From Puniceicoccaceae bacterium (lineage in GTDB: Bacteria > Verrucomicrobiota > Verrucomicrobiia > Opitutales > Oceanipulchritudinaceae), in the NCBI GenBank assembly GCA_040830765.1, contig JBFOMH010000005.1:288001-352000 (forward strand): 64,000 nucleotides of DNA, in the 5' to 3' direction. Below, one piece after another: positions 20,469-30,885 of the stretch. Below the pieces are notes generated by a model that was not told the origin of the DNA, searched no databases, and saw only the letters and a program-made list of their open reading frames with translations. Numbering within the stretch: the stretch's first letter is position 1; each line of letters opens with the position of its first letter. The position numbers were made by a program, and so were the translations under genes.

Positions 20469-22032
20469 AAAGGATGAGGTTATCCCCGGTCATGGCTTCG
20501 GGTTGGTCAATGCCCATCAGCTTGAGCGCCGTCGGGGCGATATCAGCAAGGCGACCGCCTTCGGCCAACTTGAGGTCCTGGAGGTCCTTGCCATAGATTA
20601 CCAGCTCCACCGGATTGAGCGTGTGGGCAGTATGCGGACTGCCGGTCTCCGGGACAAACATCTGGTCACTATTGCCATGGTCGGCCGTGATAATGGCCGC
20701 GGCGCCTGTTTCATCGCAGGCCGCAAGAACATCACCGACACAGCCATCGACTGCCTCACAGGCGGCAATGGCAGCTTCCTGCGATCCCGTGTGTCCGACC
20801 ATGTCAGCATTGGCGTAGTTAATGACGACCAGGCCATACTTGCCTGAGCGGATAGCCTTGCAGGCGGCATCGCGGATGCCGTAGGCCGACATCTCCGGCT
20901 TCTGGTCATACGTGGAAACTTCCTGCGGGCTCGGAATTAGCTCCCGGTCTTCGCCAGGCAACGGCTCCTCGCGATAGTCATTGAAGAAAAAGGTAACGTG
21001 GGGAAATTTCTCGGTCTCCGCGGTCCGGAACTGCGGTATCCCCTTGTCGGCGACCACAGTGCCGAGGATGTCCGGCATCTTCGGCGGCTTGGTGAAGATG
21101 ACCTTATCGCAGAGACCCTTCTGGTACTCGGTCATCGTGGCATAATAAAGATCGAGCTTCCGGCCGCGGTCAAATCCGTCGAAATCCTCCTCAATAAAAG
21201 CTCGGGTCAGCTCCCGCGGCCGGTCGCCCCGGAAGTTAAAGAAGACAACTGCATCCCCGTCTTTCACGAGCCCGCTTGGCTCGCCGTCAGCGTCTGTGAT
21301 AACCGTGGGCACAATGAACTCATCCCCTTGGCGGTTGCTGTCGAGCGGGGAATCGTAATAGGCCTGTACGGCCGCTTTGGCGCTTTCCGCGGTACGCTCG
21401 ATGGCACGCCCGGTCAGGCAATCGAAGGCCTTCTGGACACGGTCCCAGCGCAAGTCACGATCCATCGACCAGAAGCGTCCGGAAATGGAAGCAATCCTGC
21501 CAATCCCAATTTCCTCACACTTGGCTTCCAGTTCCTTGATGTAACCCATTCCGGACTTCGGGGGCGTATCCCGCCCGTCCGTGAAGCAATGGATGAAGAC
21601 CTTCTCCAGACCCGCTTCCCTGGCGAGTTTCAATAATCCGTAGAGATGGTCCAGCATGGCATGGACACCTGCATCAGAAACAAGGCCCATCAGGTGTAAT
21701 GCACCATCCTTGGCCTGGGTGAAGGCGCCCTGCAGAACGGCATTGTCATTCACACTCCCGGTAGCAAATCCCTTGTCGATACGGACAATCTCCTGATCAA
21801 CAATGCGGCCCGCACCAATGTTCTGGTGACCCACTTCGGAATTCCCCATGACCCCCTCCGGCAATCCGACATCCAGCCCGCAGGCCATGAGTTCGGTCCG
21901 GGGCCATTCAGCGGTCAGCTTTTCGGCGACTGGTGTGCTCGCCAGCTTGACCGCATTGAACGCGTCATGCTCCGCATTGTGATTCTCTCCCCATCCGTCC
22001 CGGATGATTAATACGACAGGTCTCGTCTCCAT
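20467..22032 (-). CDS. gpmI: 2,3-BPG-independent phosphoglycerate mutase
   Basis: [41 protein letters not shown]. Confidence 0.97.
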   Translation of the reverse strand: METRPVVLIIRDGWGENHNAEHDAFNAVKLASTPVAEKLTAEWPRTELMACGLDVGLPEGVMGNSEVGHQNIGAGRIVDQEIVRIDKGFATGSVNDNAVLQGAFTQAKDGALHLMGLVSDAGVHAMLDHLYGLLKLAREAGLEKVFIHCFTDGRDTPPKSGMGYIKELEAKCEEIGIGRIASISGRFWSMDRDLRWDRVQKAFDCLTGRAIERTAESAKAAVQAYYDSPLDSNRQGDEFIVPTVITDADGEPSGLVKDGDAVVFFNFRGDRPRELTRAFIEEDFDGFDRGRKLDLYYATMTEYQKGLCDKVIFTKPPKMPDILGTVVADKGIPQFRTAETEKFPHVTFFFNDYREEPLPGEDRELIPSPQEVSTYDQKPEMSAYGIRDAACKAIRSGKYGLVVINYANADMVGHTGSQEAAIAACEAVDGCVGDVLAACDETGAAAIITADHGNSDQMFVPETGSPHTAHTLNPVELVIYGKDLQDLKLAEGGRLADIAPTALKLMGIDQPEAMTGDNLIL

Positions 22033-22040
22033 AAATTCCC

Positions 22041-22080
22041 AATCTTAATCTTAGCCTTAATCTTAATCCCAATCCCATCC
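22041..22080. repeat. Hexamer repeat, same family as 17321-17457
   Basis: AATCTT AATCTT AGCCTT AATCTT AATCCC AATCCC in the spacer upstream of gpmI. Confidence 0.75.
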
Positions 22081-23097
22081 CTAGTGGGTATAGGATAAAA
22101 TAGTGACAACAATATAAGTTCCTAAAAGCAAGAATCCGCTCCAGCGCTTCAGTTCCGTTCCCGAAAAGATAACCGACACTCGCAAGACAATGAGGACGAA
22201 CATCATCGCCGGGAAAAGCAACTGGAAGAACCGCGGATCCGCCTTCAGGCCACCCGGTGTAACAGCAGCCGCCGCTCCGGCGACAAACAGGACATTGAGG
22301 ATATCCGCCCCAATGATGTTACCAAGGGCCAGGGAGGCATGTCCCCTGCGGACGGCGGTAAGAACGGTTATCAATTCCGGCAGGGACGTCCCGAAAGCGA
22401 CAAGGGTTGCGGCAATAATCGGCTCGGGAACATGCAGCCGGATGGCCGTTTCCTCAACAGTCGGAATCAGCACCTTGGAGGCAAGAATGACGAGGGTAAT
22501 TCCGAATACCAGCTTGGCAACAACCATGCCCATCCTGGCCTCATCAACTTCGGTCTCCGGTTGTTCGATACCTTCACCGGAACGGGCCCATTGGATCGAT
22601 TTCCAAATATAGATCACCAGCAGCACCAGGCAAAGCCAACCGGCCCACTGGGGAAAGGTACCCCCCTCCGTGAATGTCGACCCGAGCGAGGAAAATGGCA
22701 GACTGAGCACGACAAGTAGCGCTCCGGCACCCAATTGAATCCAGCCCTGCCGATTGACGATATGGGGATCAAAGGGAAGCGGCTTCATCAAGGCCGCAAT
22801 GCCCAGGATCAGTCCCGTGTCGCAGATGATCGATCCCACTGCGTTACCGAGGGCCAGACCGGGACGGCCTCCAACCGCCGCAGCTACAGATACGGCCGCC
22901 TCCGGGAGAGTTGTCCCCAGGCTGACGATGGTGGCCCCGATGAGGATTATCGGCACGCCCCAGCGCATGGACAAGGTGACCGCCTCGGCCACCAAAATAT
23001 CCGCTCCCTTGGCAAGGACATAAAGGAAAACTGCGATGACGATAAACAGGCCCCAGACCGGCAGGGACTGGGCGATGGACTGGACCCAAGCTTCCAT
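22081..23097 (-). CDS. Cation:Ca2+ antiporter (YrbG-like)
   Basis: Two alpha repeats: GTTLPE...GNAVGS and GTSLPE...GNIIGA. Confidence 0.9.
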   Translation of the reverse strand: MEAWVQSIAQSLPVWGLFIVIAVFLYVLAKGADILVAEAVTLSMRWGVPIILIGATIVSLGTTLPEAAVSVAAAVGGRPGLALGNAVGSIICDTGLILGIAALMKPLPFDPHIVNRQGWIQLGAGALLVVLSLPFSSLGSTFTEGGTFPQWAGWLCLVLLVIYIWKSIQWARSGEGIEQPETEVDEARMGMVVAKLVFGITLVILASKVLIPTVEETAIRLHVPEPIIAATLVAFGTSLPELITVLTAVRRGHASLALGNIIGADILNVLFVAGAAAAVTPGGLKADPRFFQLLFPAMMFVLIVLRVSVIFSGTELKRWSGFLLLGTYIVVTILSYTH

Positions 23098-23225
23098 AAG
23101 ATCAAAGATGCGAGGAAGGGAATTTCCCGGTTAACTGCAAGCAGGAACACGTTAAAAGGAGTATCCGAGGACCATTTCGTTGTCAGCCCGCCGGAGGCGA
23201 GCCCTCCGACCCGAGGATTCTTCCG

Positions 23226-23248
23226 AAGGTCCGCGTCCCGCGGACCTT
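23226..23248. repeat. REP-like hairpin with GCGTCCCGC core
   Basis: AAGGTCCGCG-TCC-CGCGGACCTT at the response-regulator stop; shares its core with the 9445 and 37945 elements. Confidence 0.55.
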
Positions 23249-24611
23249 AGCGCACATCCAGGTCCGGCCACTGTTTCAGTTTCCGGTGCAGGGTGCGGCG
23301 GCTCATGCCGAGCAGTTTCGCCGCTTGGGTTCGATTGCCCTTTGCCTGGACAAGGGCATTGCGCAAAAGCCGCTTCTCGTTCTCCTCGACGGACAGCGGA
23401 TTGCTCAGGGCCGGACCGGTTGTGGCCACTTCCTGGTGCTGTTCCCCGAGAAACCGGGGATCCAAATCATAGGTGGTCAGCCGCCCACCCCGCTTCATGA
23501 CCACCGTGTTCTCGGCGAAATTGCGCAGCTCGCGAATGTTACCTGGCCACTTGTAGGCTTGCAGGACATGGGTCACCTCCGGATCCAATTCGACCACCGG
23601 AACATCATTTTCCTCGGCAAACTGGTTCATAAAGTGGTTCAGCAAAACAGGAATGTCGTCCTGGCGCTCCCTCAATGGCGGCATCGTCAACTTGACGACG
23701 TTCAGCCGATAGAGAAGGTCCTCCCGGAATTTCCCTTCCTTGACCATCGCCTCCAGGTCCCGGTTGGTCGCTGCCACTAGCCTCACATCCACGGTGACCG
23801 GCTTGACGCTCCCCAGCCGCTCAAAGGACTTCGTTTCCAGGAAACGCAACAACTTGACCTGGGTACTGGCATCAATTTCCCCGATTTCGTCGAGGAAGAG
23901 GGTCCCGTTGTCCGCCGCCTCAAAGCGGCCGATGCGGCGCTCATTGGCCCCCGTGAAAGCACCCCGCTCATGCCCGAACAATTCACTCTCCAGCAAGTTG
24001 GCCGCCAAAGCCGCGCAATGCACCGCGATGAAGGGGCGTCTCGACCGGTCGCTATTCTGATGGATGGCCTGGGCAATGAGCTCCTTGCCAGTACCGGTCT
24101 CCCCTTCAATGAGCACGGTCGTCTTTGTCGGTGCCACCAAGCGGACCTTGTCGATGACATCCTTCAAGGCCGCTGAGCGCCCGACAATGCCATCAAAGCT
24201 GAAGCGCTTGTCCAGCCGCTGGTGCAGGTCCTTGACCTGTTCCTTGGTCTGGCGGTCCTGCAAAGCCCTCCGGATGAGGATTTCCAGCTTCTCAATGCTG
24301 ACTGGCTTGGTCAGGAAATCGTAGGCCCCCCGCTTCATCGCCTCCACCGCCGTCTCCACGTTGCCGTAAGCAGTCATCATGATGATGATCGGATGGGCTG
24401 GAAGAGTCATCGCCTTCTCGATCACTTTCATGCCGCTCTTCCCAGCCATGCGAAGGTCGGTCAGCACAACATCGAAGGGCTCTGACTCCATCAGGCGGAA
24501 GGCCTCCTCGGCGTCACTCGCCAAGTAAACGTCGTATTCGTCCTCCAGAGCCAGCATCAGTCCCTCACGGGTATGCTTCTCATCATCAACGATTAACAGG
24601 GTTGCCGGCAT
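23247..24611 (-). CDS. Sigma54-dependent response regulator (NtrC/AtoC-like)
   Basis: REC domain (LIVDDE, LTDLRM, KP), GETGTGKE, GAFTGA, WPGNIREL, Fis-type HTH; start MPATLL. Confidence 0.95.
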   Translation of the reverse strand: MPATLLIVDDEKHTREGLMLALEDEYDVYLASDAEEAFRLMESEPFDVVLTDLRMAGKSGMKVIEKAMTLPAHPIIIMMTAYGNVETAVEAMKRGAYDFLTKPVSIEKLEILIRRALQDRQTKEQVKDLHQRLDKRFSFDGIVGRSAALKDVIDKVRLVAPTKTTVLIEGETGTGKELIAQAIHQNSDRSRRPFIAVHCAALAANLLESELFGHERGAFTGANERRIGRFEAADNGTLFLDEIGEIDASTQVKLLRFLETKSFERLGSVKPVTVDVRLVAATNRDLEAMVKEGKFREDLLYRLNVVKLTMPPLRERQDDIPVLLNHFMNQFAEENDVPVVELDPEVTHVLQAYKWPGNIRELRNFAENTVVMKRGGRLTTYDLDPRFLGEQHQEVATTGPALSNPLSVEENEKRLLRNALVQAKGNRTQAAKLLGMSRRTLHRKLKQWPDLDVR

Positions 24612-24704
24612 GATACCTTTCAAGGTGGGTAATTCTGTCACAGGTGCAATGCTGAAAATTCCCATTGCCAGCAGAGGACTGCCCACCAAATTCTTCAATT
24701 CTTG

Positions 24705-25514
24705 ATGAGTGAGTCTTCACCAACCGATCCCTACCTTGAACGCTTCGGCGGTATCGGCCGGCTATACGGAAAGGATACGCTCGAAAAGTTCCGCTCTGCC
24801 CATGTTGCCATTGTCGGAATCGGCGGGGTTGGCTCATGGGTGGCGGAAGCGCTGGCCCGCAGCGGGATCGGGACGATCACCCTGGTCGACCTCGACGACA
24901 TCTGCCTGACCAATACCAACCGCCAGATTCATGCCATCGAAGGCACTGTCGGCAAACCGAAGATCCAGGTCATGGCGGAGCGCCTGAAAGCCATCAACCC
25001 GGAGGTCACGGTTGTCGAGGAGGCCATGTTCTTCAACGAATCAACGGCCGAGGCCTTCTTCGCCAAGTCATTTGACGCGATTGTCGATGCCATCGACAGC
25101 GTACGCCAGAAATCCCTTCTCCTGGCCATGGCGAGAGAGCGGAAGATTGCCACCGTCACCGTTGGCGGAGCCGGTGGACGGGTCGATCCCGGCCGTATCA
25201 AGGTGGCCGACATGAGCCAGACCTACGGGGACCGACTCCTCATGCTGACCCGCAAGAAACTCCGTCAGCAATACCGCTTTCCCCGTACCGGCAAAGGAAA
25301 ATTCAAGATCCCCTGCGTCTATTCCAGCGAGCCACCCCGCTTTCCCTGGTCGGATGGCTCCATCTGCGATACCCGCGAACCGGATTCCCCCGGCGGGCTT
25401 AACTGCGAGGCCGGGCTTGGCAGCGCCACCCACATCACCGCCTCCATGGGCCTCTTTGCGGCCGGGCTTACTTTGGAGCTGCTCGAACGCTTTGGAGTGC
25501 TCAAACATGTTTGA
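24705..25514 (+). CDS. tcdA: tRNA threonylcarbamoyladenosine dehydratase (ThiF family)
   Basis: RFGGIGRLYG, GIGGVGSW, TNTNRQIHA, DAIDS, CVYSSE. Confidence 0.88.
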   Translation: MSESSPTDPYLERFGGIGRLYGKDTLEKFRSAHVAIVGIGGVGSWVAEALARSGIGTITLVDLDDICLTNTNRQIHAIEGTVGKPKIQVMAERLKAINPEVTVVEEAMFFNESTAEAFFAKSFDAIVDAIDSVRQKSLLLAMARERKIATVTVGGAGGRVDPGRIKVADMSQTYGDRLLMLTRKKLRQQYRFPRTGKGKFKIPCVYSSEPPRFPWSDGSICDTREPDSPGGLNCEAGLGSATHITASMGLFAAGLTLELLERFGVLKHV

Positions 25515-25559
25515 GCTTTTTAAAGCTGCATCATGATGCAGCACTCCAAATTATTTCCC

Positions 25560-26195
25560 TTACAAATTCCGCACCACTGCGCGGGCCACGCCCTGGACGA
25601 CCAACTCGGCCACCGGATGCAACTCCGGGAAGTTCCTGTTTTCCGCCTTCAGGTAAGGCGAGCGGCCGGGCTTGTTAATGAAGCGCTTGAGGGTGGTTTC
25701 CCCGTCAATTAGGGCGGCCACGATATCGCCGTCCCGGGGCGGGCACTGCTCAATGACCACGGTGTCCCCGTCAAAGATGCCGACATCGATCATCGACTCC
25801 CCTCGAACCTTGAGCGCAAAGCTGCGCCGCGAGCGGCGAATGCCGGCCGTCTCGGTATCGATTTGCAGGCGGCCAATCTCGCCCCCCGACTCCACCCCGT
25901 CGGGAAAGCCGGCGGCGATGCTGCCGTAAATGGGAATGTCGATGACCTCGAGGGAATCGATGGGCTGGGTCTCCTCGTTCAGATCGAGGTTGATCCGGAA
26001 GGTCCGGGCCTGGCCCGGCACCCGGCTGATGTAGCCCTTCTTTTCCAGGGCCTTGAGGTGCCCCATCACCGCGTTGGTGCTCTTGAATCCAAAATGCTGT
26101 TCAATCTCCCGGAAGCTGGGCCAGGTACCCCGCTGCCGCATGTGGAGTTGAATGTAGCCCAAAACTTCCTGCTGCCTAAACGTCAATTCCTTCAT
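25560..26195 (-). CDS. lexA: SOS repressor LexA
   Basis: LTFRQQEVL...PSFREI...HLKALEKKGYI; IAAG cleavage site; VRGESM (Ser); TLKRF (Lys); start MKELT. Confidence 0.95.
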   Translation of the reverse strand: MKELTFRQQEVLGYIQLHMRQRGTWPSFREIEQHFGFKSTNAVMGHLKALEKKGYISRVPGQARTFRINLDLNEETQPIDSLEVIDIPIYGSIAAGFPDGVESGGEIGRLQIDTETAGIRRSRRSFALKVRGESMIDVGIFDGDTVVIEQCPPRDGDIVAALIDGETTLKRFINKPGRSPYLKAENRNFPELHPVAELVVQGVARAVVRNL

Positions 26196-26197
26196 AT

Positions 26198-26226
26198 AAA
26201 CATCCGTATAGCATATACAGACGTTC
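26198..26226. promoter_or_regulatory. Palindrome upstream of lexA, candidate auto-operator
   Basis: AACATCCGTATA-GCA-TATACAGACGTT (10/12 inverted match) directly before the start codon. Confidence 0.55.
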
Positions 26227-26255
26227 ACTGTCAACTCATCTTGCCGCAAAGCCTC

Positions 26256-27581
26256 TTAACGGAAGAGGTCCCCACGGCGGAAGCGCCAGAGGGAGAAAGC
26301 GAGCACAACCACACTGATGCCTCCGAGGACCGCCAGGTTGGGCAGGATTTGCTGCAGCGCGGCATCCCGCCAGAGGACGGCGAGGATACCATCCATGGCC
26401 CAGTAGACGAGGGTAAAGGGGGAAATGAAGGTACGGATGAATTCCGGCATCATGAAGAGGGGCATCATGGCGCCCCCGAAGGCACTCATGCCGAGGATGA
26501 AAAGGGTGCCCAGTCCGTTGGCCTGTGCCGGCGTCTTCGCAATGGAGGAGAGGAGCATGCCGAAGGCGGTGGCCGCGGTCGCGGTGAGGACGGAGACAAC
26601 CAACAGGGGGAGGATTTGTCCGGCTGAGGTGATGATGTCAAAAAGCAGTTCCCCGAAGATAATGAGGACGATCATTTGCAGGAGTCCGAGCGAGGAACAA
26701 AAGACAAACTTGCTCCAGAGCACCTGGGCCCGGCTGGCAGGCCCCGAAAGGAGGCGGAAGAAAAGCCCCTTGTCCCGTTCCTCGAAGAGGCTGGAAGCAG
26801 CACCGGTCAGGGAGAAAAGGAGAAACATGACCGCCCAGCCACCGACACTTTGGGCGGCAGGGTTCTTGTTCTTCCCGTAGACCTGACTCAACTCGAGATT
26901 AAAGATGCCGCTGAAAATATCCGTTCCACTCCCCTCGCCCGCGGCCTCGCCACCTGAACCCAGCTCACTCATGGCCCAGAATCCGTCGGATTGGATTTCC
27001 TCCAGAATCAGTTCGGGATCGCCACCGAAGTGCTCCGAGATAACCTCCGCAAGACCCAAGTCGAACGACTGCCGGAGCTCGTCATCAAGGCCATAATCGG
27101 AGGACTCGAGGAGCAGCGGAAAGGCCCGCGCAAAAAGGGTCTTCTGGAGGATTCCCTGGACGATGTTGTACTCAATCGTGTTCTGGGGATTGTAAAGCAG
27201 CTCCATGTTGAGCCCGAATTCCTCATCAACCAGATCCTTTGGGAAAACCAGCAAGTAGCGGTAGGAACCGGCATCAGATTTCAGGAGCGACGCCGCATAC
27301 TCGCGGTCCAAGGGCACCGACTCCTCCTCACTGATGGTACGCTTGGTGAGGACCCGGAAGGTCTCTTCCTCCTGCAGGAAGCCGATCAGCTTGGCGGAGG
27401 TCTCCGATTGGGCCTCGTCGACCACCAGGATACGGATACCCGATGGACTGCCCCCGCCCCCGAAAATGAACCCGAAGATGGTGATCAGCGCCATCGGCAC
27501 AAAAAACGTCAGCACAAAAGCCATCCGGTCATTCCAGAAAATCCGGAAGTCCTTGGCGACGAGGGCGTAGATGGTTCTCAT
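26256..27581 (-). CDS. ABC-2 exporter permease
   Basis: KDFRIFWNDR N-terminus, large extracytoplasmic loop, EERDKG..RL..P motif, six TMs. Confidence 0.88.
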   Translation of the reverse strand: MRTIYALVAKDFRIFWNDRMAFVLTFFVPMALITIFGFIFGGGGSPSGIRILVVDEAQSETSAKLIGFLQEEETFRVLTKRTISEEESVPLDREYAASLLKSDAGSYRYLLVFPKDLVDEEFGLNMELLYNPQNTIEYNIVQGILQKTLFARAFPLLLESSDYGLDDELRQSFDLGLAEVISEHFGGDPELILEEIQSDGFWAMSELGSGGEAAGEGSGTDIFSGIFNLELSQVYGKNKNPAAQSVGGWAVMFLLFSLTGAASSLFEERDKGLFFRLLSGPASRAQVLWSKFVFCSSLGLLQMIVLIIFGELLFDIITSAGQILPLLVVSVLTATAATAFGMLLSSIAKTPAQANGLGTLFILGMSAFGGAMMPLFMMPEFIRTFISPFTLVYWAMDGILAVLWRDAALQQILPNLAVLGGISVVVLAFSLWRFRRGDLFR

Positions 27582-27597
27582 GGTTCGTCAGTTGTGG

Positions 27598-28533
27598 CTA
27601 ATCACGGAGCCGGTGGCCGGTGAGTTGGAGAAAGAGGCTTTCCAGGGATGGTGTCCGTAGCTGGACCCGTTCGTAGGCGATTCCTTCCCGCTCAATGATC
27701 CCATAAATGGTGGACAGGCGGGCATCGTCATACGGTACCAGGCGGTACTGCAAATCCTCCTCCATGAGCTGCCCATGGGAACGCACTTCCTCGACGAATG
27801 CATCCATTTCCGGGCCCTTGGCAATGAGCAGTTCCCGGGTCGACTCGGAAAGCGCGAGCAGGGAATCGAGGTCACCGCAGGCCATGAAGGCCCCATGGTC
27901 GATAATCGCGATGCGCCGGCATAGCCGCTCCGCCTCCTCCATGTAGTGGGTCGTGTAGACAATGGTCAGGCCATCCTTGTTAAGGGCCTCCAAAAAGGTG
28001 AAGATGGCATTTCGCGACTGGGGATCGACCCCCACCGTCGGCTCATCGCAAAGCAGGATGTCCGGCTCATGCAGGAGGCTGGCAATGATGTTGAGGCGTC
28101 GTTTCATGCCCCCGGAGAAATCCTTTACCGGATCGTTTTTCCTGTCCCACAAACCGACCGCCTGGAGCAGGTCTTCGCTTCGTTCGCGAATCTGCTTGTG
28201 GCCCATGCCATACAGGTCGCCGAACACCTTCAGGTTCTGCAGGGGGGAAATGGAATCATAAAGCGCGATTTCCTGAGGAACCAGACCACAGGTCATGCGC
28301 GCCTTCCGGTCATGGAAATCCACCTCTTGGCCACGAATCAGGACCTTACCTTCGTCAGCGGCCAGAAAACCGCTGAAAATCTTCATAAGGGTACTTTTGC
28401 CGGCCCCATTGGGCCCCAGAAATCCGAAGAACTCACCCTGCTGAATGGACAGGTCGACCCCTTTCAATGCTTCCAATTCACCGAACCGCTTGCGGACGCC
28501 CTGCAGTTCAAGAATCGCATTGTCGTTGGTCAT
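27598..28533 (-). CDS. ABC exporter ATP-binding protein
   Basis: GPNGAGKS, FSGGMKRRLN, DEPTVGVDPQSR, YTTHYMEE. Confidence 0.93.
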   Translation of the reverse strand: MTNDNAILELQGVRKRFGELEALKGVDLSIQQGEFFGFLGPNGAGKSTLMKIFSGFLAADEGKVLIRGQEVDFHDRKARMTCGLVPQEIALYDSISPLQNLKVFGDLYGMGHKQIRERSEDLLQAVGLWDRKNDPVKDFSGGMKRRLNIIASLLHEPDILLCDEPTVGVDPQSRNAIFTFLEALNKDGLTIVYTTHYMEEAERLCRRIAIIDHGAFMACGDLDSLLALSESTRELLIAKGPEMDAFVEEVRSHGQLMEEDLQYRLVPYDDARLSTIYGIIEREGIAYERVQLRTPSLESLFLQLTGHRLRD

Positions 28534-29173
28534 GAAGATGTACCTGCTTGAAGAATTCTTTCAGTTTGTTCGGGTCCTTGATGCCTGGAGAGGACTCGAC
28601 CCCGCTGGCGACATCAATCGTATCCGCTTGGGTGAAAGCGAGCGCCTCCCTCACATTGTCCGGAGAAAGCCCCCCTGCCAGCACCCATTTCTTGTGCTGG
28701 TAAAGGAGGGTGCAGTCAAGAAAACGCTGCCAGTTCTGGCCGGATTCCCCAGTTCCCCCATAGGCCGCTTTGGAATAGGTATCGAGGAGGATGGTTTCGG
28801 AAAACTCCATCAGGATTTGCGGAAAGGTCTGTTCCTGCGGTGGAATCCGGGGGGCCACCCAGAGGGCTTCCGGACCAGCAAGGCCTGACCACGCCGCCAC
28901 GGCCGCCATGGATACATCGAGGTCGAAATGGAGCTGGTAGAAATCAAATCCCAGATCCAGGTACGCCTCCAGTCGCTCCTGGGAAGGGGCGACATCAACC
29001 AACACCCGCCTTCCTTCAGGAATGGCTTCCAGCAGGGAAGGAATCTGGTCCAGCCCGACCGACCGCGGTGACTTCTCATAGACGTTAATCCCGATATAAT
29101 CAGCGCCTAGCGAGAGGGCCAAGTCGGCATCCTCTGGCCGCGTGACTCCACATATTTTGACCTTGGTGGACAT
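28508..29173 (-). CDS. trpF: Phosphoribosylanthranilate isomerase
   Basis: KVKICGVT, QLH, GGTGE, LAGGL, DVASGVESSPGIKD. Confidence 0.93.
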   Translation of the reverse strand: MSTKVKICGVTRPEDADLALSLGADYIGINVYEKSPRSVGLDQIPSLLEAIPEGRRVLVDVAPSQERLEAYLDLGFDFYQLHFDLDVSMAAVAAWSGLAGPEALWVAPRIPPQEQTFPQILMEFSETILLDTYSKAAYGGTGESGQNWQRFLDCTLLYQHKKWVLAGGLSPDNVREALAFTQADTIDVASGVESSPGIKDPNKLKEFFKQVHLHDQRQCDS

Positions 29174-29185
29174 GGCTCGGGTCCC

Positions 29186-29980
29186 TCAATCCTTGCTGGC
29201 AAAGTAACCCACCAGTGCCTCGACCATTCCGTCGATGCCTGGATTGTCCGCCTCGATGGCCACTGGGATTCCAGCCGCCTTCATCCGTTCGCTGGTGGTG
29301 GGGCCAAAGCTGCACAAGGCCGGAACAGCCGCCCCGGATTCGAGGGAGAGATGCTTGGCCTGCTCCCCGAAAGCCTGCACTGCCGAGGCGCTGGCAAAGA
29401 CAATCGCATCCGCCCCTTCTTTCCGGAAGCGAGCGGCATTGGCATCATCCGCCAGGTCGCAGAAATGGGTCGAATAGACCTGCAGGGAATCGACGATGGC
29501 CCGTTCCTCCCAGAGGGCCTTGACCAGGTCCTCCTTGTTGCGGTTGCCGACGATCACCAGGACCTTCAGGTTGTCGAGGGTCTCCTCTTCCGAAAGGGCC
29601 AGGGCGAAGTCCTTGGCCGTCGCCTTCGGAGAAACCAGGTCCGCCCTTAAATGGAATTCCGCCAGCGCTTCCAGCGTCCCCTTGCCGACTGCCCCAATGC
29701 GGACAAAGCCGAGCGAGCGAATGTCGTCGTAGGCCTGAAAGAAGGCTTCGAAGAAGTGCTTCACTCCGTTGCGGCTGGTAAAGAGCAGCCATTCGTAACT
29801 GGCCAGCTCCTTGAAAATCTCGGATGCCGCCTCGGTATCAACATCATGGCGGACGTCAATCAAGGGAATGTCCATAATCTCCGCACCAAGTGCCTGCAGG
29901 CGTTCACCAAGACGGCTGGAGCCTTCTGGATTACGGGTCAGGACGATAAGGCGTCCCTGCAATGGAAGGGGTTGGATCAA
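29186..29980 (-). CDS. hemD: Uroporphyrinogen-III synthase
   Basis: PLQGRLIVLTR, FTSRNGV, AVGKGT, FASASAV, GPTT; TTG start overlapping the hemC stop (start uncertain). Confidence 0.88.
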   Translation of the reverse strand: MIQPLPLQGRLIVLTRNPEGSSRLGERLQALGAEIMDIPLIDVRHDVDTEAASEIFKELASYEWLLFTSRNGVKHFFEAFFQAYDDIRSLGFVRIGAVGKGTLEALAEFHLRADLVSPKATAKDFALALSEEETLDNLKVLVIVGNRNKEDLVKALWEERAIVDSLQVYSTHFCDLADDANAARFRKEGADAIVFASASAVQAFGEQAKHLSLESGAAVPALCSFGPTTSERMKAAGIPVAIEADNPGIDGMVEALVGYFASKD

Positions 29981-30834
29981 GACCGCAGTTCCTCCATCAG
30001 TTTGTCGACAAATGCTGGAGCCGCCCAATCCTGATCCGCTGGCAGGTCAATGTTCTTGTACCCGAAGCTCTCATCGAAGACATGGAGGACGCCTTCGGCA
30101 ACATGGGCGGCTGTAGCGGAATGGCAACCCCCGCCCATCGCTGCCAGAATGGCCCGTTCCAGATGGACGGCCCGTGCCGTTTCCTCACAGAGCAATCCCT
30201 CATAGAGCGAAAAATCGGCAGTCCGGATCTGCAGGCCAATGGCGCCCTGACCGGCAGCTGGTACGCTTTCTTCAATGGATATGGGCTCGAAGCAAATACC
30301 GTCCGGGCTCTCAATGCCGAGCCGGGCCAGGCCGGCCATCGCCATCACTGTGGCATCGGCAAAGCCATCGGAAATCTTTTGCAGGCGGGTCGAGACATTA
30401 CCCCGGATTTCCTTCCAGGCGGCCTTCGGAAAGCGCTTCTTCAACTGGGCCCGGCGACGCGGGCTGCTGGTGGCAATCAATGTCGGTTCCTCGACTGACT
30501 CCCTCCGGATGAGCATGTCACGGGCAGGTGCCCGGGGCAGAAAGCCAACCAGGGAAACGCCCTCCGGCATCTCCGTCGGCAGGTCCTTGGCCGAATGAAC
30601 AGCCAGGTCCGCCTCTCCCTTGACGATGGCCTCCTCCAGCGCGGAGGTGAACAGGCCCTTGCCACCGGTTGTTTCGAGCGACCATGCCAGGCGGTCATCA
30701 CCCGTGGTGCTCATCGGGATGATCTCAAAATCCCACTCAGGCCGCAATGCCTGCAGCGCTTCAATGGCCATGTCAGTCTGCTTCCGTGCAAGGGGGGACT
30801 TGCGGGTCGCCACGCGTATTGTCTGCTTACTCAT
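29977..30834 (-). CDS. hemC: Hydroxymethylbilane synthase
   Basis: TRKSPLA, GKGLFT, AVHSAKDLP, TSSPRR, IRGNV, GGGC. Confidence 0.95.
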   Translation of the reverse strand: MSKQTIRVATRKSPLARKQTDMAIEALQALRPEWDFEIIPMSTTGDDRLAWSLETTGGKGLFTSALEEAIVKGEADLAVHSAKDLPTEMPEGVSLVGFLPRAPARDMLIRRESVEEPTLIATSSPRRRAQLKKRFPKAAWKEIRGNVSTRLQKISDGFADATVMAMAGLARLGIESPDGICFEPISIEESVPAAGQGAIGLQIRTADFSLYEGLLCEETARAVHLERAILAAMGGGCHSATAAHVAEGVLHVFDESFGYKNIDLPADQDWAAPAFVDKLMEELRS

Positions 30835-30839
30835 TGGTT

Positions 30840-30885
30840 AAAAAAACACCCGGCCTGCCGGAACAAGGTGCCGACCGGCCGGGTG
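30840..30885 (-). terminator. Intrinsic terminator-like hairpin after ilvC
   Basis: Minus strand CACCCGGCC...GGCCGGGTG followed by TTTTTTT. Confidence 0.6.

Noticed and set aside
29977..30834. hemC as a truncated pseudogene (285 aa)
   Set aside because: Catalytic motifs and the cofactor Cys are present and the stop is coupled to hemD; a short C-terminal domain is not evidence of decay.
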